Of a DNA stretch of 64,000 nucleotides, positions 24,061 to 38,689 are shown piece after piece (position 1 is the first letter of the stretch; each line of letters opens with the position of its first letter). The DNA is from Chiloscyllium plagiosum. Lineage: Eukaryota. Made by a program: the position numbers and the translations under genes. The notes below the pieces were generated by a model. That model worked only from the letters and a program-made list of their open reading frames with translations, was not told where the DNA came from and did not search any database. The stretch lies in NCBI RefSeq assembly GCF_004010195.1, contig NC_057718.1:27401088-27465087 (forward strand), written 5' to 3'.

Positions 24061-27000
24061 TTATTGTATGTACTTCCTCTCCTCCTTTTGCCCCTTGATT
24101 ACTTAGTAACTTTGTGAAGTCTGATGCAAAGTATATGTTCAACTCCTCTGTCATTTTCTGGCTCCCCATTATTATTTAGCTTACCTCATTTTATAATGGG
24201 CGTATGATAACTCTGACCTCTCTCTTCCTTTTGGATATTTAAAGAAACCCTTATTGTCTGTCTTGATACTACTTGCAAGTTTATTACATCCCAATCTTTA
24301 TGAAAATTAACATCTTCCATAATTAATATACTGCTTTTTTAACAGTATTTTCTGATTTATTTTCTGTTCTACTGTATCACTACTGTTAGGGGGTTATAGA
24401 CTACTCCTACCAGTGTCTACTTTTTAAAAAATTTCTTATCTCCACCGATATGGAATTTACATCCCCTGATCCAAGATCATTTCTGGCTATCATAATTATA
24501 CCAACTTGAACTAACAATGTTACCCCACTACCCTTTCCTTCCTTCCCATCCTTTTAAAAAGTCATATGTTTGTGAATATTTAGTTCCCAGCTTTGATCTT
24601 GTTGTCTCCATAATAGTTTTCAGATGATGTCCATGAACATTTATTTGTATTGTTAATTCATTTATCTTATTCTGAATAATGTGCACATTCAAGTAAGGTG
24701 CTGTCTATTTTGCCTTTTTACCATTTTGATTTCCTTGTGACTGTGGAGAGGTGGTTTAGAGGGAATGAAGAGGACATAGGTTGGGAGATGGTCAGGGTTT
24801 GAGGGGCTGATATTGGTCATTGCAATTGGATTATTGTCCCAGTAAAAGGAGGCATGTATTCTAGCCTGTCAGCCTCACCATCTCCCCTGTTTGACAGTTA
24901 CCTCAACGTTGAAACCTCAGAGGTGACAGGTTTGGTTTCCATCCTGCCACTGCCTCCTCAAAACTAAAATTTAATGGGCAGGAGCCTGTTTAAAGTAAGT
25001 GGCTCTGCCAAATTACAAAGGTTAAAACTCAACCTTCTCAACTCCTTAAGAAAGATTGTCTCTCCCTGTAAAGACTTCCATTCATATGTCATGAACTCCA
25101 TCCCTTTCTCAAGCAATTAACTGAGGCATCATTGCCTGTACCCATCCCTACCTGAGCTCATCTGTTGGTGATTATTCATTCATCATTATTCATGTCTCTA
25201 TTATCTTCAGATATGTCTATTTAAATGCAGTTCAGACCAGCTCCCTCTCTCCATCCTTAAACTTGAGTTTGTGGAAAACACTGTTGTATTCTAAGAAACA
25301 CAAAATCCCATTTGTCCATTAAATCCATGTTCACTGTCTGCACTGGCTCCCATTCAGGTAAAAATTTCAATTTTAAAATAATAATCTTTGTTTTCATATT
25401 TCTCTGGTCTTGACCCTCCCCATCTCCATAACCTCCACTGGCCCTAAAAGGCCCTATTAACTCAAAGTTCCTCCAATTTTGGCCTATTGCATAATGCTCA
25501 CCTTTTTATTATTGTCTGTGCCCCACACCTACTGAAGCTTTATGAATAAGCTCTGCAATTACCTTACTAAATCTCTCATTTTTTACACCTCCTTTAGGTC
25601 AGTCCTTAAATGCTGCCTCTTTTGAAAAAGCTTCATGCATCTGTCCCAATACCTCTTCATGTGGCTGTGTCTGAGCTTTTTCTTCATGAATCTATAATGT
25701 GCCTTGGGATGCTTTACAAAATAAAAGACACTGCATAATTGCAAGATACTTGTGCTGACTTTGCCAAGCAAATTAACGGGCAGGGAATGGGAAATACTAA
25801 GGTTTTCATGTATTGATTCTATTGCAAAATAATTCTGCACCACTTCAATATTTTTCAATCAAAATCTTTCTGTATTCACATTGATGTTGTAGCTACTTCG
25901 GAAATCATTGCATGCTTGCTCCATTGTGACCTTTGCTTCTATCTAATGAGGGGGACTACAAACGGTGCTTGCATAGTTTTCCTTTGTCTGCGGTGGCAAG
26001 AGTGACTGACAAGTCTCACGTTATGACAACTCTCAGGGACATCCAATGCTATGGTTTCATGCCACTTCTTCAGTGGTTAAATTCGTAAAGGCATTTCACA
26101 AGGTTTGGTGATAGGTTCCACATTTGATTCTTGAGCAATGCTGAGTTAGCTAGTTTCAGTAGACAGGGCAATCCAGACGCTACAATTTGCCTTTTTGATC
26201 CATGCACCTTCTTACGGAGGTCAGGGTTGGGCTTGGAAAACCAGCCGACATTCACAGTCTAGCTCATACATGGAATGTGTCCATTTGGATCAGACACCAG
26301 AGGAAACTAGCTTCTATGCAACCATATTCCATGTAACCGATGTCTCCATGAAAATGAGGAAAAGAAAATGAGGAGAAACTATGAATAAGTAAATTAATTT
26401 TTTTTTAAGTACACTGAATTAACAATTAACATCTAGTTCTGAACTCACCCACAAAAAGAAAATTCTTTCCAGATCTACCTTGTCAAATACTGCCATGAAT
26501 TCTTATCATCTAAGTGAATCAGCCAAATGAGGTTTTAGTTTAACATCTTTTATCTGAGAATTGTATCACTGGCAATGTAACTTTTTTTACAGTAGAGTGT
26601 TTCTATAGATTTTATCCTCAAAAACTGGGCCTATTGATTCATGTACTGGGCGATTTCCAACTGAAATGAGTTAAATATGGCAAAGCAATAAGGAGAAAAT
26701 GTTATCACCTGTGCTATGAAATGTGTCGCAAATAATCAAATTCACTGACCAATTCCAATAACGTTGAAGAGACATGACACTATCCAGAACAAAACAACTG
26801 CTTGATTAGCACACCATCCACCACTTTCAATACTGATTCCCTTCACCACTAAAACACTCGTGGTTCAACATCACCTTCTAAATCTGCAAACCTCTCCCAT
26901 CAAGAACAAGGGCAGCAGATGTGTAAAAACATCACCACCTGTAAATTCTCCTCCAAGCCACATTACAAATCTGACTTGGAACCACTTTGCCATTCCTTTA

Positions 27001-30000
27001 CTGTCACTAAGTCAAAATCCTGGAACTCCCTTCCTATTGGCTCTCTCATAGAATCACAGAGTCTGCACAGAAGAGGCCCTTTAGCCCATCAAGTCTGCAC
27101 CAATCTACCTACACTGGTCCCATTTTCCAGAACTTGGTTCAGAGTCTTGATCTTCATGATATTTCAAATGACCATCTACATACCTTTTAAAGGTTATGTG
27201 TTATCCTGCCTCTACTACCCTCCCAGAAAGTGTATTTCAGATTCCCAGCAGCCACTGGGTGAAAGAATGTTTCCTCAAATCCCCTCTAAACCTCCTGCCC
27301 TTCACCTTAAAATTACACCCTCTCGTTATTGATTCTTCAATTAAGGGGAACAGCTGCTTCCTATCCATCCTCTCGATGTCCTTTATATGCACCTCATTCA
27401 GGTCCCCCCGTCTCAGCTTTCTCTAAAGAAAACATCTGTTCATAGTTAAAATGCTCCAATCCAGACAATGCATTGGGGAATCTCTTTTGCATCCCTCCAG
27501 TGCAAACACAGTGCAATGTCAATGACAGTGGGTGTCCCTACACCCCAACAACTGCAGTCCAAGAAAGCAGCTCATCGTCTTCTTCCCAAGGTAATTAGAC
27601 ATGGACAATAAATGCTGGCCCAACCAATGATACCCACTTCCCATGATGCATTACAAAAGTTGGAACTATTGCCCAACAAAGTTAGAAGATACTTTCGAGT
27701 AAATAGGCTGCTTGAAATGTATATTTCCCTTTGCAAACAGTCTTCAAGCTTTTTGATTAAGCATGTATTTAGGCAGTTTTTTTTCAAAATTTACTGTAAT
27801 GCCTAATTCTGTTGGGATAGAGAATTAATTTTTCAGCATTCAAGAGTTAACTTAGCACATTATGATAGTCCTCATTATCATTCTTCCAATTCAAATTTGA
27901 GTTTCTAATAAGCTAAATTTTCTTGTCCAGAGTGTGGCAAAATTAAGTGGGCAAGGGAAACAGTGGGAATCATGTAAGGACAGTTCCGTGATGCATTCCT
28001 GCTGCTTTTGCAGGAGCAAGATAGGGACCTAGACCAGCTGCTTATTGAACTAAGGCAGGAACCAAGTTAAAACGTTAATTAAGGGCAATGCAGAGGACAC
28101 TGCCATTTTGCCAGTGGCCTTGCTTCATGCTGGTACAGGCAGCCTCCTTGTGGCAGTCAAGGGGGACATGAGAACCAAAAGTTCTCGTCCTCCAAAGATG
28201 TTTCTCCTCCAACTAAGTTCACATAACAACAGCCCCTTCCTAAATAAGTTATTTTAATGGCTCCAAGGAAACCGTTGAGGCACCTTCATGGTCTTGTGCC
28301 TGCCTCAGTACACCCATCTCTATCAGTGGGGCTACTGAGGCTCCAGATCTTCCCACTCTCTGATGGGACCTCAGAATTAATCAGCAGAAAATTCAGATAA
28401 TCAACTATAAAGTGACCTCCAGGTAAGTACCTTTCCATGTCTGGCTCCTGGGAAGAGCAGGCTAGTGATCCCCATTTAGTCCTGAGATTGGGTTCTCAAA
28501 GCCTGGAAGCAATTAATGTGCTTAATTATTTCTTGTGGTGTCAGTCTGACTGATCAGTTCCATCATCTGTTGTATTTATTTAAATTGCTGATAGTGCAGT
28601 GTTAGTGTTTGAATGCTGGTCCATTTTAAATTCAAGCCTCAAAATCTGGATTTACAACTATATAATCCAAATATTTTGTGATCATGTTCTGCTACACAAA
28701 CTTTCAGTATTAGAATGACAAATGAAAAGTGGTGGTCCTTTAGAATGATGCAGAAAACTCCTCAATAAACAGCAAACATTTGGACAGCTGTCTCATACTG
28801 TTTAGACTGCAATAACAATGCCCTGTAATTTATTACAATTATCACAAGCAGAAATCATTTAAAGTTAGATCTCTCTTCAGTGTTGAGCCTTAGGATGCAA
28901 ATACAGCTGACGAATTCTTTAATGTAATAACATTAAAATACAGATTTGACTTTGCAGTCTAAACAGTTGAGATATTTTCCCACTTGTTTAGGATACAGTA
29001 GTGACTATTCACATTGATTTCTGTTCCCGAATCCTTGTTTCAAAAGTTTGTGCAGTTCTTTCTGCAGCCATCATGCCTGATTCAGGGATGTTAAGTAACT
29101 GCTTTTATATTAATCCATTATCATACAGCAGCAACATGTCCTAAACCAACAATGGGCAGACCATAATCAATTTAATGAGCAATGAGCCAATTTAGTTAAC
29201 AGCCGAATGATGTGTGAACTTTTATTGAATGGCAATTTTAATATGATTGAATTCATTGTTGTGCTTGAAAAGGAAAGAAATTGAACCCCTTACTAAGGTT
29301 CTAGATGAGGTATGGCTGATTTCAACAGGATGTGACAGAAACTGTTCACAGTCAACGAGGAAAATTTGTTAATGGGTACAATTACAGAAGATCAGTGGGC
29401 AGTGTTCAAAAAAATAATTTAATGTAATACAACATCAACTTATATTCCTAAGAGGCAAGAGTCCGAAGAGTGCAGGTTAGGTGGATTGGCCATGTTAAAT
29501 TGTCCATAGTATCTGGGAATGTGTAGGCTAGGTGGATTACCCAAAGGAAATGCAGAGTTAAAGGAGGAGAGTAGGGACTGGATCTAGGTTGAATGTTCTT
29601 CGGAGGGTCGGTGCAGATTCAATGGGCTGAATGGCTTCTTTCCACACTCCAGGGATTCTATGATTCTAAAAGCCTACTTGCCAAAAATAAAGCTGCTGAC
29701 AATTAAAGAGGTCAGAGACACCACTAAATAATGCAAGAAGGCAAAAATTAGCACATATTCTTGTGAATTGGAGAGATATAAAGAACAATAGAATGACAAA
29801 GGAAAAGACCAAAACAGAGAGTGATAACAATTTGCAAAGGATTACAGAGTCAACACAAAATACTTCTACTATTATGTTTAAAAGGATGTTTAAGAGCAAT
29901 GTGGGCCCCTTAAAAACTGGCCATGTTGAGAATAAGAAAATGGTAGGTTTGTTAAAAATTCATATTAAGATTTATGGTAGAAGAAGAGTACAGTACACCA

Positions 30001-30550
30001 GCATTCCACGAAACCTATTATTAATTCAGGGAGGAGCACATTAAAATTAATGTGAGCAAATTAGCAGTATTGAAGCAAACAGTGGCACTAAAGAATGACA
30101 ATTCTCCTGGGCTACAAAGTTTCCATCTCTGGATTTTAAAAGGACAGCTTGGCCAACTGGAATGTGTATCCTGCAGAATGAGGGAAGTCATGAATGCACC
30201 ATGAGTTCTATAAGAACACATCAGCAAGAAATGGAACTGGCTGCGCAAGTTGGTGCTCCAGGTTTCAGAATTTGAGCAGCAGTTGGAGTCAGTATTCTGC
30301 ATCCACGAGGCAGAGAACTATAGGTGGCATTTTTAGGGTTGTGGCCACACACTGGCACAGGGTGGACAGACAGAGAGGGAATAGTTGACTATCTGGTAAT
30401 CCAGGCAGGCAGTGTGGAAGCCCCTGAGCCCATCTGCTTACTAATTGTGTTTTTTTTTCATTTTGGATTTTGGTGAAGATGGTTCAGAAGCTGAGTGCAG
30501 CCAGAGGCTGCTATGTGGCATCATAGGTGAATAGCTGTACAGAAGGGCGT

Positions 30551-30831
30551 GGGTGGCACGGTGGCACAGTGGTTAGCATTGCTGCCTCACAGCGCCAGAG
30601 ACCCGGGTTCAATTCCTGCCTCAGGTAACTGGAGTTTGCACATTCTCCCCGTGTCTGCGTGGGTTTCCTCTGGGTCCAAAAATGTGCAGGTTAGGTGAAT
30701 TGGCCATGCTAAATTGCCCTTAGTGTTAGGTGAAGGGGTAAATGTAGGGGAATGGGTCTGGGTGGGTACGCTTCGGCGGGTCGGTGTGGACTTGTTGGGC
30801 CGAATGGCCTGTTTCCACACTGAAAATAATC
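30551..30831 (+). mobile_element. HE1-type tRNA-derived V-SINE inserted into a CR1 ORF1 remnant
   Basis: A box TGGCACAGTGG (30562-30572), B box GGTTCAATTCC (30606-30616), V-domain ggagtttgcacattctccccgtgtctgcgtgggtttcctc and CR1-like tail; downstream flank encodes AIVIGDSIVR (CR1 ORF1 esterase). Confidence 0.9.
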
Positions 30832-31761
30832 TAAGGGGAAGAAGAAAGATTAGAAGAGCAATCGTGATAGGGGATTCCATTGTCAGGCATTTTTGTGGTA
30901 TGTGATTCTATAATGGTGTATTGTCTTCCTGGTGTCAAGGCCAAGAATATTATGGAGTGGTATCATGGTATGCACTGGCAAAACCGACATTTGTTGCCTA
31001 TCTGTAGTTATTCTTGTACTGAATGGCTTGCTATTTCATTTCTTTACCACAGAGGGCTGTGGAGGCTGGGTTGTTAAGTATTTCAAGACTGAGATGGACA
31101 AATTTTTAATCAGTAAGGGAATCAAGGGTTACAGGGATAGAACAGGAGAGCGTTAGTTGAGGATTATCAGATCAGCCATGATCTAATTGTAAAGCAGAGT
31201 GGACTTGATGGGCTAAATGCCATACTTTTGTTCCTATGTCTTATGGTCTTATAGTTAAGAGTCAATCTCAGTGCTGTTGGTTTGGTTTAGATTTTCTTCC
31301 CTAAACAGTATTACTAAACTGGATGGGATTTTATGACAATCAATGAAAGTTTCATGATAGTTTCTCACCATTACTGAGTTTTCAATTCAGATTTAATTAA
31401 TGGAATTCATTTGAATTCATCTCCATCACAGCATTAAACTGGAACTCTGGATTATTCTAATCACTATCACTATTCCATGATCGCCTGTAGATGAGAAGAT
31501 CAAGTAAAGTTCAAGTTTTCTGGGTACTTGCTTAACAGTAATAGGTGTCTCTACAGCTGTATGAGGCCTATGAGGAACACTAAACAACAACCCAGAAACT
31601 GCTACTGTATCTTGATCTTAGACAGGCAGTTACTCTTTGACCACCTGGATTTCAATTGGTAAGACAATGACGAGTCAGTGAGTGACAATGACTACAGATG
31701 CCTTCCTGGCCAGCCTTTTGTTCAAGGTTCCAATGTATGACTTTCGACAGCATTAAGAAAT

Positions 31762-32110
31762 GTCAGCACAAAAATCAAAGTGACAATTCAGAGGAATAAA
31801 GAGGGAGTGTTGCACTATAGGAAGTGCCAATTTTCAGATCTGCCCTCTCAGATGAATAAAAAACATCTGATGACACTATTTCAAAGAAAAGCAGGGAGTA
31901 ACCCCCCGGACACTGGTCATTATCAATTCCTCAATTAACTCCACAGAATCAGATTATTTGGTCATTACCAAATCGCTATTTATGGGAGCTTACTTTGTGC
32001 CAGTTGGTGTCTAAGTTTCCTAGATTACAACAGGGCTGAAATTTCAAAAAGCACTTAATTCACTGTAATGAACTTTGGGAGGTTGAGTAGTGGAGAAAGG
32101 TGCTACATCA
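31762..32110 (+). mobile_element. DeuSINE (SacSINE1/AmnSINE1-like), diverged
   Basis: gagggagtgttgcact...gaagtgcc...ttcagat, ctatttcaaagaaaagcagggagt, attatttggtcattac and the tail cacttaattcactgtaa...ctttggga...gaaaggtgcta resemble the Deu domain and tail as recalled. Confidence 0.7.
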
Positions 32111-35100
32111 CTGAAAAGCAGAATTGTTACAGGACAGAAGGAGGCCATTCAACCCAATGAATCTACACTAGCTCTCGAAATGAGCAATTCACTTTGTACC
32201 ATTCTCCAGCCTTCTGCCATAAGATTGCATATTCTTCCTTTTCAGATTAAAGTTTAATTCCCTTTTGAATGTTTCAATAGGATCTATCTCTAACACACTC
32301 TCAGATAGGACATAAACATGCACTATGTGAAAAGTCTTTCCTCATTTCACTTTTGCTTCTTTTACCAGTTATTTTAAATTTCTGCTGTCTTGTTCTCAAT
32401 CTTTTCACAAGTGGAAATAGTTTCTTGACATTTACTCTGTCCCTTCATGACTTTGGATTTCTCTATTAAAGAAACCTCTAAGCCTTCTTTTCACCAAGGA
32501 AGATCTGACTTCTACAATGGGTGTAAATGCAACTCTTTTATTTTAGTGGTTTGCTAAGTGTAGAATTCTAGACGACAACACACATTAAGAGTGTACTTTA
32601 CTTTAAGAGTGTCAAAATTGTAAAATTATGAAATTTCTCTCAGAAATAATTCTGTAGCATTACAATTTCATTCCATGTTATGTGGTAATTCTACATATTC
32701 AAACGTTTAAGATAGGTGAATTTGAAAAGGGAGAAATTCAGAAAACATGGCTGAGTGACATCTTATAAGTCTCGAGTCCTTCATTCACTATGATAATAGA
32801 AAATGAATTTAACAGCATGAAAATTACACATCAGCAAAAAGGGAAAAAGAAAATTAAAACACTGGAAAAATTTATTAATATCAAATTAATGAAATATTTT
32901 CAGCTGGTCATATTGATTGAAGTTATAATTGCTATAACTGCAATTGCCTTGGGAGCAAATAGATTCAAAGTGATCCATCAAAGTGCAGAATCTATAATAG
33001 ATTATGCAGGAAATGACATTTCTTGAACAATATTTCAAAAATAATGTAAATGTTATTACTGGTACTCATTCAAATATTTGCTGCACTTCTGTTATGAAAT
33101 TTGTATGTTTTTGCTGTTACTGTTGACTACAATGAGTGTGTAAGAATGAAAACAAAAATGTACCTGCTTTTCAGGAAATTAGTATTATGGGTATTCATGT
33201 TTTGGAATTTGTGATTATTATCAGTGTTCACATTTTGGGAATACTTTACGTTTAAATGTTGTGTTTAATTCAAAGCAATTTTGCAGTGGTTTAAAATTAG
33301 ATTTAAGCATTTAAAGGGAATGGTTTATTTTTAAATCGGGCAACTGCTGAAGTTCTCTGCATTGAAGTCAAAGAGCCAAGTTGTGGAAAATTGTGGCTCA
33401 CAGATTCTTTCAAACTGAACATCAGGTCTCATTGCAGGGTGGTTAATTCAGGATGATCCCAATTACTCTGAGTAACAAATGTTGGGTTTGAGGTTACTTT
33501 ATATGTGGAAAATGGCAAAGGGAGGGGGGTGACATGGCGCAGCAGGACAAGTTGATTTCAGCGATTAGTCTTTATTTAAACTGAATCGAAGCCTGGCTGT
33601 AACAGATCATTGTGCTTATAGACAGCCTGATAGCTTTTGGGAGGATAAGATACAGCTAGGCAACATTCTAGGCAACATCGTACCAACAGCACTTTGAATT
33701 AGAATGTGCCAATGTACAAATTGAATCAGTGCAGAAGCAGGCAAATTTTAGAAGCAATACAGCAAGGAAACAAAATTATGTCAAACAAAACCATATTTTT
33801 TTTTTCAAAAAATGAGTCACAAAATACACCGTATTTGAAGGTGAAGCAAGAATGCTGGCATTTCCAGTTGGTAGCTGAAGAGGCCTTTGAATTTTACTGT
33901 CAGCCTCCCAACCTTAGTAAATGAGACTTAGGAAGTCATTTCAGAAAAATAATGCCTTGGCTCTTGCCTGACCACTTAATCATTAAATACCACTTTTTTG
34001 CATCTACTAACCAGATTCCCCGTGGATTGGATAAATCATTAGCCATGACCAACACATGAAAATCAGAATAACAGCCCCCAAGTTGAAAATTGGCACTAAA
34101 TTTATTTTCCTGTTTTTTTGCTGCACTATCCTTCCCACTCCCTCCATAATTTACAAATGTAATTGGCTGGCAGTAAATTTAAAAGTGAAACCTAAGAGGG
34201 CAGAATGGTAACTAATTTTATTGGCAGACAAGTTAGTGAATCACTGAATGGGGAAGAAGTCAATGAACCACCTTGCCATTGGCTAGGAATACAGACAGTG
34301 AAAGAAGCAACAGTCAACCAGCTAAATCTGAGCAGATGGGCAAGTTTTGTGAAGAGAAAGTTGCTTATATCAGGCTCATTATCATTCAGAATTTGGTGGC
34401 TGGCCAGAAAACATTAGTGATGTATATACTGTATTATTTTACTTGTCCTCAAGAGGAGTTCTGTGGTTCATTGAACCAAAAAGAGATTTGATTACGACTT
34501 TTACTCTGTACATTCACTTGATGTCTGTAAAATAAAGGTGGTTAAACATTTGTATCTGGTCTTGTTTTATCTAGCTGCATCTTTGGAAATTTCAAATGTG
34601 TATGAGGTCAAGCTGCAAAAGGTGTAATGTAACATCTGTGGAAACCACATTTACAGACGGACAGAGGTTTTCAATGTATTTCAGTTGGCAGGAGATTGAA
34701 ATAAGGCCCAAGAAAACTCACCTAAATAATAGTCCTGAGCACAATATTGTTAAATTTGTCAGTATTATTTAGTTTAAAATTGTCTCTACTTCTCTAGTTA
34801 CATGGCTTGCTATATCATTGGACTCAACATCATTCAAAAGTCCAACAATACAGATTGTATTTCCCTCTAGATTGTTCCTTTAATTTTTTTCTCAATTCTT
34901 AAATCTGATGCAATGTTGATCTGGATGCCCGTTTCCCTCAATACCAGCCCATATTTCCAACAACGTACAGGGCAGAAAACCTTTGATTTGAAAGATGAGG
35001 AAAGAAAGATAAGCAATGGAGCACTTGTGAGATGCCCTGCTGTTGGAAATTCTGTGCCAATATATTGTGGAATACATACATATTTGTCATGTGTTAACAT

Positions 35101-35763
35101 TTTCAGTTGAGTTTATTGTAATATGAACTTCTTTAGTTCTCACAGTACACTAAAATATTCCTCCACAACTGCTCAGATTGCCAGCCACCCAACCAAAGAT
35201 TGCAGCCCAGTTATTAACAGTCACCATTGTTTACCCAACTCAGCACATTCCCAATACTCAAGTTGAACAGGTCCTGGTGGATCAGGAACATTCAAATCCA
35301 CAGTAACTTACCTAAAACAGGATGTATACAGTGACCTATTTTAGTGTATTGAAAATACTCCTTGTAACTTGTCAAATAAAACATTCAAGAAGGAACTCAC
35401 TGTTCCCAGAGATGCTTGGATCAATTTTCTTCCTCTATGTAGGAGGCTAGTGTTCCGCCAAAACTCTTGATCCTGGAATTGTCCCATCGAATTGGAAAAG
35501 TGCCAATGCACTTCATTATTTAAGGAGGGTAGGAGAGATAAACTCGGAAATTATCAGCCTATTAATGTAACATCTGTTATGGGGTGATTACTCCAATCTG
35601 TTATGTGGGAATAAAAAAAGTGAACACTTGGTCAAATAATTTATTTTGTGCAGTTTTCTGTATAACTGCACGTCCTTAAAAGCAACTCTACAGGTTTGCA
35701 ATATGACTCACCATCACTTTTGTTTTTACAGCTCAATTGCATGTCACCTCTAAAGAAAAATCT

Positions 35764-35826
35764 GATTCTCCTGCTCCTCGGATTCTCCTGCTGCCTGACC
35801 TGCTATGCCTTTCCAGCACCACACTC
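35764..35826 (+). mobile_element. about 60-nt PLE pLTR insert (family A)
   Basis: 21-bp direct repeat TCACCTCTAAAGARAAATCTG (35744-35764 / 35827-35847); body GATTCTCCTGCTCCT...GCTGCCTGACCTGCT...TTCCAGCAC. Confidence 0.8.
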
Positions 35827-37987
35827 TCACCTCTAAAGAGAAATCTGTTCTTCAAGCCTCTACCGGATTTACGTGTGTCAATACTCCCAAATTAACTATA
35901 TCTAGAGTGCCTTTAACAAAAGAGATAATCTCCCACTGTATATCAGTGGGAGCAACTAGCTGATGCAGGAAATTTCCCCTCAGTTAGTAATGTGCCTACC
36001 CTCTCCCATGCCTTTGGGAAGCAGACAGTACTGTTACTATTTGGTATAGTAAGACAAGTGGTTATACTGATATTTCCTAAACTACACTGAACTTTCAGAA
36101 TTGATTCTATGGAAAACATAATTGGCTCAAATTTCCCCTTTTTGTCTTCAAAGTGTAGGGCTGGTGTCTTTAAGAGAGTTGCACTCCCTTTCAATACTTA
36201 CTGGCGAGAAATGCCACATAGAACAACCGACTGAACAATGGCATTGATGACCTTGAACAGCCAGAATGCGTCTGTTTAAGGGAGAGAATTGCAGGGGGCC
36301 ATAGGGATGATATTGATTGGGTAGGTGATCAGGTTAATGCAGACAAGGGCAGGGAGATGGCTTTCAGTGGCCCTTCTGTCACGAATCCCGACCTAGATCA
36401 ATTCCAGATAGGGAAACTGCAGCCCCTGTCCTCAACCTAGGAGACCGGCCAACTTGTTACAGCAGAGTGGCTGCCCTTTTTTTTAATCTCTAAGGAACAA
36501 AGCTAATCAGGTCAACAGTGGGCTGTGATGTTAACTGACCCCAGAAAGGCCTTAATTGGTGGTGGATAGGGAAGGTTTAACCTGGGTTTCCTGTCTAGAA
36601 GGCATTTTCTGTGCTGGTGGGACAGGAGCAGGTATCTCCCTGGTCCCAATCCACCAAATTATTTACCCTTCTCATCATCCTTTTTTTGATACTTCCAGGG
36701 AGGGGAAAGGTCCCAGCTATTGTCTCTATGTCTTGAGGCAATATATTAAAATAATTTAATGCAATCCTGTGGCCACATTGATTGTACCTTAGATCTCCAC
36801 ACATAACATCCATGCAATTTATGTTTCATTCATTAAGTTGGCACTTAAAATCTTTATTTCTTGGTAATCGCTCACTTCCCTCAAATCTGTTGGGGCTATA
36901 TCATTTCAATCTCACAGATCTGGCTAAATCCCTTATCTAGTCATCATGGCTTCTCAGTTACCGGAGTTAAATTTTCAGATTTCTGGTCAAAAGTCCTTAG
37001 AAATAGTTTGAGGAACCAATCATTTAACACTAATCAATTTCATTCAGTTCCTCAAAATACTGGACATATTCCCCTTTGGTCAACATCTTAAAGAGTTTCT
37101 CTCCACAGATGCTGCCAAACCTTCTGACCTTTTCCAGCAATTTCTGTTTTTGCCTCAGATTTTAGCATTTCTATTGCTACTTCTTTGTATATACACTTTC
37201 AATCTTTAGCATTTTAAAATTATAGCAGCAAGATTCATAGGTACTGCCCAAACATCTTGTACACTTTAATAGGAAGCTCCAGTTCAGACCAGTACCATCA
37301 TATCTGAATTTTACTTTTTTAATGCAGCTACTCCTCAATTGCATTCTCATCTACAACTATACACATGACTTTGCCCACCAATCTCCTTGCCCCCACTGCT
37401 AAATTACTGTAGCTTTATTTATAACTTAGTGTATTTTAGTTTAAACTACAAGTTCAGGATGTAAGTTTAAAGTTACCCATATGGAACACATTGCATTGTG
37501 CATTCCCAAATCTGCATGACCTATAGCACTCTTTTGAATGATGTGAGCAGTTTGAATTTGACTTGCCACATTCTTGCAGTTGTGTTGTCCATCACCATGA
37601 TGACCTGACTCTGTTGGATTACCATTGCCGTGTTACTCAGGACTAATAAAGCTGGTTGGACATATTTATAGAGTCTGGAGTGGAAATTAAATCGCATGAT
37701 TTCCAACTATGTGTCATTTAAGCAAAACAAGTTATGAGTCATTCTGAAATGGGGCGATTTTGATGTGCATCTGCTCATTGGGTAGACCATGCTAACATGT
37801 TTTTTTTGGATGGGCTCAAGGATGGTGCTGCCACTGACCCACTGAGCAGGGTTAAAAAAGGAAGTCATGCAAAGAAATCTGGGTTGAATAAATGACCTTC
37901 ACTCAGAGGAGAGACACATATTTTGCTTTGGAAAACAGCTTGTCACCATTACCCAGTATGTAGGGACAGAATGCAGCCTAAGAAAAT

Positions 37988-38555
37988 ATTGGGTGGAATT
38001 TTCCCCTCCTGAGAGATGGCGGTAGGAAGGGCAGACAATTGGATGGATTGGAATTGGCGAGATTCCACAGAAATTAAGTTCTGGGCAAGAAAGCCCATAC
38101 TCATTAAGGCCCTTAAGTGCAAAAACACTATCAGTTTGGTTTGGAGGGTCCCTTGTCCCTCAATCTGATTTAATTTGTGAAAATCTGAGGGTCTGGACCT
38201 AGGGCAGGGGTTGGCCTCCATCAGGCACCTGCTGCTCTCTCTGCCAACCTTCAACACGGAAAGATCTGCACCAACTCCCAGAAAAACACCCATCATTCCT
38301 GCTGCTGATCCCCCATCCTGGGGTCCAGGGGATCAGCTCCCAGATACATTGTGGCACTACCAAGTGATGAAGGTGGTGGCCTTTCATTAGGTGGCAGCAC
38401 TAGTTGGGTGGATCTTTCTGCTTCAGGTTGGTGATTCTTGGCACAAAGACCACCTGCAGCCAGTCAGCTTTCTGAACCAGCAGGATTTCTGACCATGGTA
38501 TGCCATGGGTTTCTCTCTACAATACATAACCAAAAACAGGAAAATGCCACACAAT
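37988..38555. mobile_element. MITE-like element with terminal inverted repeats
   Basis: ATTGGGTGGAATTTTCC (37988-38004) vs the reverse complement of 38539-38555, ATTGTGTGGCATTTTCC; interior is non-coding and more GC-rich. Confidence 0.55.
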
Positions 38556-38689
38556 TCTACTGAGTAACTGTTCAGAATTTAATACCTTAGAATTGAGCCA
38601 ACATCGGAGAAAGCAACAAGCAAACACAATGAGAATTTCAGTAGGTATAAAAGAACTCTAATATGTAAACTGCGATGTTTTATGTTATT

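Noticed and set aside
30551..30625. tRNA gene
   Set aside because: The A/B boxes belong to the head of an HE1-type SINE that continues into a V-domain and LINE tail
32790..33026. 78-aa ORF with a hydrophobic TM-like segment
   Set aside because: AT-rich sequence readily yields Ile/Leu/Lys-rich ORFs; no recognisable homology
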